Assembly: GCA_023245335.1 (NCBI GenBank)
Contig: JAHFKK010000001.1
Location: 427,282-491,281 of the forward strand
From: Candidatus Gottesmanbacteria bacterium
GTDB taxonomy: Bacteria > Patescibacteriota > Microgenomatia > UBA10105 > UBA927
Length of the DNA: 64,000 bases
Direction: 5' to 3'
Shown here: piece after piece, positions 59,098-64,000 of the stretch
Position numbering within the stretch: the stretch's first letter is position 1
Layout: every line of letters begins with the position of its first letter
Notes under the pieces: model-generated
What the model was told of the DNA's origin: nothing
The model's input: the letters and a program-made list of their open reading frames with translations, nothing else
Databases searched by the model: none
Position numbers and translations under genes: made by a program

Positions 59098-59238
59098 TTA
59101 GCCACCAATTTTATACATTCCCGTTCCGCAAACTGGGCATTTTCCTTTCATTGCCGGTTTGCCGTTTTTCATCGTCACTTTGACGGCCTTTGGATCTTCG
59201 CGCTTCGCGCGACATTTTACACAATACATTTGTGCCAT
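59098..59238 (-). CDS. small C4 zinc-ribbon protein (DUF5679-like), 46 aa
   Basis: Hand-translated MAQMYCVKCRAKREDPKAVKVTMKNGKPAMKGKCPVCGTGMYKIGG; strong SD GGGAGGTGA 8 nt upstream; missed by the ORF track (<60 aa). Confidence 0.65.
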   Translation of the reverse strand: MAQMYCVKCRAKREDPKAVKVTMKNGKPAMKGKCPVCGTGMYKIGG

Positions 59239-59372
59239 AGTAGTAATTCACCTCCCTTCGCCCTCCAAAGCTTTACGCGAAGGAGGGTTTCGCGACCTTA
59301 GTGTTTTTATATTACGAAGCCATACTAAGGATAGGCTTCGGGAGGCACGGCCTCCTTTGTTGTTTTCAATCG

Positions 59373-59729
59373 TTAATGCGGCAGATAATGGGCGAGCAGG
59401 AATTCACTGATGATGATAGCGCCGGTAATAATCAATGTTTTCACGAGATCTCTATGAATAGCTGTAAATTCATCGACTGATCCAGTGACGGCACGCGTAG
59501 TCGTTGGCGTTTGGACAGGGAGCGTGAGATGAAACGAATTCACGTTCTTAACCGATTCGGGTAACCGGGATTCAACGACGGCGGGAGGCAGATGCACACG
59601 ATGGTGTTGAGCGAGCAGTTTTTCCTTTTTTGTTTTCTTTGGCATACTGCGTAAGGGTCGTGCGCATGAGCGTAGCATAGTAGATTCAGGCTTGTCAACA
59701 TTTATCAGCCTCAAAACACGGTGCGTCAA
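59373..59729 (-). CDS. hypothetical protein with C-terminal TM helix (start possibly MPKKTKKEK at 59645)
   Basis: ORF with Lys-rich N-terminus and hydrophobic C-terminus; no family recognised. Confidence 0.3.
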   Translation of the reverse strand: MTHRVLRLINVDKPESTMLRSCARPLRSMPKKTKKEKLLAQHHRVHLPPAVVESRLPESVKNVNSFHLTLPVQTPTTTRAVTGSVDEFTAIHRDLVKTLIITGAIIISEFLLAHYLPH

Positions 59730-59771
59730 TTTTGGAATATCTTATAGTATAAGCATGTCTAGACAGAGTGA

Positions 59772-59801
59772 TTGACAAAACAAAGTATGCGATCGTACTA
59801 T
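59772..59801 (+). promoter_or_regulatory. putative promoter (TTGACA-18-TACTAT) for the DUF4446 gene
   Basis: TTGACA 59772-59777 and TACTAT 59796-59801, 10 nt upstream of ATG 59812. Confidence 0.3.
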
Positions 59802-59811
59802 GTGAATACGA

Positions 59812-60297
59812 ATGGTGTTCAATACAACTGTTATAATTTGGGCAGTAGTGGTGGGGATTGTTATCTGGCTTACGGTACTTACAGTGCTGGTCATTCAGTC
59901 AGTTTCCCATTATAATAGATTAAGTAACGGTATAACGAAAAAAGGATTGCAGGAGGTGTTAGACGCGATACTGCGGACACTTCAGACAGTACGGGGAAAG
60001 ACAGAGAATTTGGAACGAGTCGTTGAAGCTCTCGGGACTGATGGAGAGCTTCATATACAAAGGATAGGCATCATACGATTTAATCCGTTTGCGGACACCG
60101 GAGGTGCACAAAGCTTTGTCATCGCGCTTCTGGATAAGATGAATAACGGTATAGTCATGACGTCATTATACGGGAGAAGCAGTAATCGTTGGTATGTGAA
60201 GGAGCTTGTTTCAGGGAAAGGGAAGGACATTACTTTATCGAAGGAAGAGGAATCGGCAATAGATAAAGCGAAGCATATTGGGAGCATGCGCGTATGA
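59812..60297 (+). CDS. DUF4446-family protein
   Basis: N-terminal TM; RFNPFADTGGAQSFVIALLD ... NGIVMTSLYGR matches the DUF4446 signature from memory. Confidence 0.55.
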   Translation: MVFNTTVIIWAVVVGIVIWLTVLTVLVIQSVSHYNRLSNGITKKGLQEVLDAILRTLQTVRGKTENLERVVEALGTDGELHIQRIGIIRFNPFADTGGAQSFVIALLDKMNNGIVMTSLYGRSSNRWYVKELVSGKGKDITLSKEEESAIDKAKHIGSMRV

Positions 60298-61469
60298 ATA
60301 AACAACAGTTTATTACCACAATCGTCATCGGCCTGGCTCTCTATCTCATAGCGACGGGACTTTCGTTCGCCGGATTTTCGTATCTGGGTAAGATTGCCCC
60401 TCCAAAAACGACCACCACGAGTACGACGGGAACTCAAGGGCACCTTACGATTGATCCGTCCATCCCGCGCACTGAGCCGTGTCCTATAAACGGAAAACTC
60501 TACACCGCACAGGAAAAAGGAATTTGGGAAAAGCGCCGGCCGCTTGCGGTCATGATCGAAAATCATCAGGAAGCACGGCCGCAATCAGGACTGTCGTACG
60601 CAGATGTGGTATATGAGTCAGTTGCAGAAGGCGGGATCACCAGGTTTATGGGCATTTTTTACTGCGGTGTGGCGGCACAATCAGTCAATGTGGCGCCAGT
60701 CAGAAGTGCGAGGACCTATTTCCTCCCGTGGGTATTGGAATATGACGCTTTGTATAATCACGTGGGCGGAGCCGGAAACTGTGATGATGACACGGTAGAT
60801 GAGCGTGCCAAAGCGCTCTGCCAGATTGATCAGTACAAGGTAAAGAACATGGATCAGTTCGGCATTTCATTCCCGACATGCTACCGAAATTATGACCGCC
60901 TGGACCACCCTGTCGCGACAGAGCACACTATGGTCTGCGTGACCGACAAGCTTATCCAGCTTGCCGCGTCGCGTGGATGGACCAACGTCGATAGTGCCGG
61001 TGTCTCGTGGGATAAGAATTTCACTCCATGGAAGTTTAAGGACGATGCCAAGGAAAGCGATCGGGGTACAGCAACGTCGATAAGCTTCGTCGCCTGGAAA
61101 GGGTATGAAGCAGAATATGGCGTGCGATGGGATTACGATAAAATCGCAAACGTATATAAACGGTTCAATGCAGGAGTCGCACACACGGATCTTGAGACGA
61201 AACAGCAGCTCGCGGCAAAAGCAGTCGTTGTTCTATTTGCCAAAGAGACGGGTCCTGTCGATGGACACGGGCATCTCCTGTATGGCAATATCGGAACTGG
61301 AGATGCGATAGCGTTTGAAGACGGGAAGGCAACCAAAGCGATATGGCGCAAGGCGACCAAAAATGCACGGACGGTTTTTTATGATGCGGCTACGAATAAA
61401 GAAATTACCTTTACTCGCGGTCAATTATGGATCGAAATGCTGCCCACCGGTACGCCTGTGACGTACTAA
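60294..61469 (+). CDS. DUF3048-family (YerB-like) secreted/lipo-protein
   Basis: N-terminal TM/signal; PLAVMIENHQEARPQSGLSYADVVYESVAEGGITRF matches DUF3048. Confidence 0.65.
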   Translation: MNKQQFITTIVIGLALYLIATGLSFAGFSYLGKIAPPKTTTTSTTGTQGHLTIDPSIPRTEPCPINGKLYTAQEKGIWEKRRPLAVMIENHQEARPQSGLSYADVVYESVAEGGITRFMGIFYCGVAAQSVNVAPVRSARTYFLPWVLEYDALYNHVGGAGNCDDDTVDERAKALCQIDQYKVKNMDQFGISFPTCYRNYDRLDHPVATEHTMVCVTDKLIQLAASRGWTNVDSAGVSWDKNFTPWKFKDDAKESDRGTATSISFVAWKGYEAEYGVRWDYDKIANVYKRFNAGVAHTDLETKQQLAAKAVVVLFAKETGPVDGHGHLLYGNIGTGDAIAFEDGKATKAIWRKATKNARTVFYDAATNKEITFTRGQLWIEMLPTGTPVTY

Positions 61470-61523
61470 GGTGCCCTCTGCCCGAAATATTCCCCGATCA
61501 CACGTCGGGAAAAGGGAGGATTT

Positions 61524-62105
61524 ATGCTTCTTGAAGAACTCGTTATTTCGAGAGTAAGGGTAAAAGTATTGACTCTTTTTCTCGCGAATCCCGGTAAGAT
61601 CTATCACGTGCGTGACATCGTCCGCAAAGTGGATGAAGAAATAAATGCTGTCCGACGCGAACTTGCTCACCTGGAAAAAGCCGGTATGCTCACGAAAGAG
61701 CAGCGGGCGAACCGGTTGTTTTACGCTTTCCGTAAAGATTATCCTTTGTATTATGAACTCATGGAACTTATAGCAAAGACAAGCGGCTTGGGTTGGGATA
61801 TCGTCAAGAACAAAGCCAAACTCGGGAAGATTAAGTTTGCCATGATGTCCGGTCGGTATATACGCGGTTTGCCCCATAAAGGCGGTAATGACGTGGATAT
61901 TCTGATCGTCGGCTCCGTTGTTTTGGCGGAACTCGGACAGTTAGTCAAAAATGAGGAAGTCAAACGCGAACGCGAGCTTAACTATACGGTGATGACCGAA
62001 GAAGAATTTGCATTCCGTAAAAGGCGCCGCGACCCCTTCGTGCTGGAGATACTGAGCAGCTCCCGTATCATGCTCATCGGTGATGAAGAGGAGCTGGTGA
62101 ACTAA
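61524..62105 (+). CDS. winged-helix transcriptional regulator with C-terminal nucleotidyltransferase-like region
   Basis: N-terminal wHTH (RVRVKVLTLFL ... HVRDIVRKV); C-terminal GGNDVDILIVG resembles the minimal NTase fold. Confidence 0.45.
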   Translation: MLLEELVISRVRVKVLTLFLANPGKIYHVRDIVRKVDEEINAVRRELAHLEKAGMLTKEQRANRLFYAFRKDYPLYYELMELIAKTSGLGWDIVKNKAKLGKIKFAMMSGRYIRGLPHKGGNDVDILIVGSVVLAELGQLVKNEEVKRERELNYTVMTEEEFAFRKRRRDPFVLEILSSSRIMLIGDEEELVN

Positions 62106-62109
62106 GAGT

Positions 62110-63474
62110 ATGTTTAAAAATTCCCGCCGGGTATTCATCCTGTTGTGGTTACTGACGCTCGCGCTCATATTTATTGACTTGCCGGAAAATTATCACGTCA
62201 AATTTTCCGCTTTCGGACACAAAGTTGACCGCGTGATCAATCCGCCGACACTGCGCCTCAACGTATTCGGATTCAACATCCAGAAAACATTCAAAACTTC
62301 CTTGGGATTAGACCTCGCCGGCGGGAGCGATATATCGCTCCAGGCGGATATGAAAGACATAAAGCCCGCGGATCGGCTGTCGGCGCTTGAGTCGGCAAAG
62401 GAGGTTATCGACCGCAGGGTAAACTTTTTTGGCGTTTCCGAACCGATTGTGCAAACAGCGGTCGAGAATAATTCTTACCGCATTATCGTCGAGTTACCCG
62501 GCGTGAGTAATGTCGATGAGGCGATCGCGCTCATCGGGCAGACCGCGCTTCTCGATTTCCGTGAGTTTACTTCAGCGCCGCAGGCCACCGCTGCCGCCTA
62601 CACGATCCCGTCCCTTACGAATACCAAATCTGTCGGCATAACCGGTAAGGATCTTTCCCGTGCAACTATGGAATACGGTCAGCAGACGGGTACGCCGGAA
62701 GTAGCTATAGAATTTACCGGAGAAGGGCAGAAGAAATTCGGTGATGTGACTACTCGCTTAGTCGGCAAGCAGCTCGCGATATTTCTGGACGATATTCCGG
62801 TTACAGCCCCCGTCGTACAGACGCCGATAACAGACGGGAAAGCCGTCATAACGGGAAACTTCACCAAGGATGCCGCAAGCGCCTTAGCACTTCAACTAAA
62901 CGCCGGAGCACTCCCGGTGCCGGTGTCTGTCGTGGAGCAGCGGACGGTTGAGGCGACACTGGGTGCTGAATCGGTCGCCAAAAGCATCCGCGCCGGAGCA
63001 GTAGGACTGACGCTGGTAGCACTATTCATGATCCTGCAGTACGGGAGACTGGGGCTTATTGCAGACGCGGCACTTCTTCTCTACGGCCTTTTGTCATTCG
63101 GAGTATTCAGACTTTTGGGTATTACGCTCACCCTTCCGGGAATTGCCGGGTTCATCTTATCGATAGGTATGGCTGTCGATAGCAACATCCTTATTTTTGA
63201 GCGTTATAAGGAGGAAAGGTGGAACGGTAAACCCTGGCATATCGCGATCGAGCAGGCCTTCGGAAAAGCATGGGACAGTATACGGGATGCGAATGTCACA
63301 ACTATCATTACGTCGCTCATCCTTTATAATCCGGGGAACTGGGCATTGTTGCCGTCGTCAGGGCTGGTACGCGGATTTGCGGCGACACTCCTTATCGGAG
63401 TCGTCATGAGCTTGTTTACCGGAATTGTCGCAAGCCGTACCTATATACGCGTATTGTATAAGGAGAAAGAATAA
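62110..63474 (+). CDS. secD: protein translocase subunit SecD
   Basis: N-terminal TM, periplasmic domain, C-terminal six-TM SecD core. Confidence 0.88.
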   Translation: MFKNSRRVFILLWLLTLALIFIDLPENYHVKFSAFGHKVDRVINPPTLRLNVFGFNIQKTFKTSLGLDLAGGSDISLQADMKDIKPADRLSALESAKEVIDRRVNFFGVSEPIVQTAVENNSYRIIVELPGVSNVDEAIALIGQTALLDFREFTSAPQATAAAYTIPSLTNTKSVGITGKDLSRATMEYGQQTGTPEVAIEFTGEGQKKFGDVTTRLVGKQLAIFLDDIPVTAPVVQTPITDGKAVITGNFTKDAASALALQLNAGALPVPVSVVEQRTVEATLGAESVAKSIRAGAVGLTLVALFMILQYGRLGLIADAALLLYGLLSFGVFRLLGITLTLPGIAGFILSIGMAVDSNILIFERYKEERWNGKPWHIAIEQAFGKAWDSIRDANVTTIITSLILYNPGNWALLPSSGLVRGFAATLLIGVVMSLFTGIVASRTYIRVLYKEKE

Positions 63475-63475
63475 T

Positions 63476-64000
63476 ATGATTCGATTCAGTAAATATATCT
63501 GGGTATATTTTTTGCTTTCGGGACTGGTACTCGTCTCCGGTGTTTTTTCTCTCATACGTTGGGGGTTCAGACCATCAGTTGATTTTTCCGGCGGTACCCT
63601 CATCGAATTTACGACGAACCGTGATTTATCGGCAGATACCGTTAAACAAACTGCAGCTGCACTCAAGATGGACGTGGCGAGCGTGCAACGCGCGGGTAAT
63701 GAGCATTACATACTCCGGATGAAGCCCACCACCTCCCAGACGATCAGCCAGCTTGTTTCCGGCATACAGTCCGTCAATTCGGTGAAAGTAACCATCCAGA
63801 GTAACCAGACGGTCGGACCGGTTCTCGGCAGGGAACTCCTGCAAAAGGCAACGTTCGCGGCCCTTCTTGCCATTACCGCGATATTACTCTACGTAGCGTG
63901 GGCGTTTAAAAATATCAAATTCGGTGTGGCAGCTGTGGTTGCACTTCTTCATGATTTACTTGTCGTCCTGGGAAGCTTTTCCCTCTTTGGACATTTCCTA
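63476..64000 (+). CDS. secF: protein translocase subunit SecF (partial, runs off the window)
   Basis: Hand-translated MIRFSKYIWVYFLLSG ... DFSGGTLIEF ... LHDLLVVLG; no stop before the window end, so it is absent from the ORF track. Confidence 0.75.
   Translation, partial: MIRFSKYIWVYFLLSGLVLVSGVFSLIRWGFRPSVDFSGGTLIEFTTNRDLSADTVKQTAAALKMDVASVQRAGNEHYILRMKPTTSQTISQLVSGIQSVNSVKVTIQSNQTVGPVLGRELLQKATFAALLAITAILLYVAWAFKNIKFGVAAVVALLHDLLVVLGSFSLFGHFL

Noticed and set aside
59159-59410. 83 aa plus-strand ORF
   Set aside because: Antisense to the SD-preceded zinc-ribbon mini-gene and crosses a plus-strand hairpin plus T-run.
1-64000. CRISPR arrays, IS elements, integrases, prophage genes
   Set aside because: I looked for regularly spaced direct repeats and for transposase or integrase-like ORFs and found none. 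The tRNA-adjacent GIY-YIG cassette is the only mobile-element-like signal.

Overview
This 64 kb window is mostly the conserved bacterial translation/transcription superoperon, all on the + strand: rpoB-rpoC, rpsL-rpsG, fusA-tuf, S10 block (rpsJ-rplC-rplD-rplW-rplB-rpsS-rplV-rpsC-rplP-rpmC-rpsQ), spc block (rplN-rplX-rplE-rpsZ-rpsH-rplF-rplR-rpsE-rplO-secY-adk-map), alpha block (infA-rpmJ-rpsM-rpsK-rpsD-rpoA-rplQ) and rplM-rpsI. Downstream come a SpoU methyltransferase, a tRNA-Pro, a GIY-YIG gene, an SPFH protein, recA-recX, RNase Y, SDR, HU, LytR_C, HAD, miaB-miaA, an AI-2E transporter, an RNase P RNA, comM, DUF4446, DUF3048 and secD/secF. There is no L30 gene between rpsE and rplO, L24 carries a C4 zinc ribbon, and an archaeal-type UPF0200 kinase sits between adk and map. 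These features, with the generally reduced gene content, are compatible with a CPR/Patescibacteria-like or similarly streamlined bacterium, but I cannot confirm the lineage from sequence alone. Two accessory insertions interrupt the otherwise universal gene order. The first (~7 kb) lies between rpsG and fusA. It starts with an AlkA-like glycosylase whose start codon directly follows the rpsG stop, and also holds a 2H phosphoesterase, a PQQ-type sugar dehydrogenase, a DipZ-like CcdA-thioredoxin fusion, a cupin and several leaderless mini-genes. The second (~7.4 kb) lies between map and infA. It is a cluster of four membrane-anchored NPP-type (Thr-nucleophile, alkaline-phosphatase-superfamily) phosphodiesterase paralogs plus a divergent hypothetical membrane protein. 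Other items include: an RNase P RNA on the minus strand that the ORF track covers with spurious ORFs, and a tRNA-Pro(GGG) directly preceded by a small GIY-YIG gene flanked by a 12 bp direct repeat of the tRNA 5' end. There are also recurring promoter-then-hairpin-plus-T-run leader structures before rpoB, fusA and rplC, and two AGTAG-rich imperfect palindromes at the rpoC-rpsL and rpsC-rplP junctions. A DUF5679-like zinc-ribbon mini-gene and rpmJ were missed by the ORF track. I found no CRISPR array, transposase or integrase.
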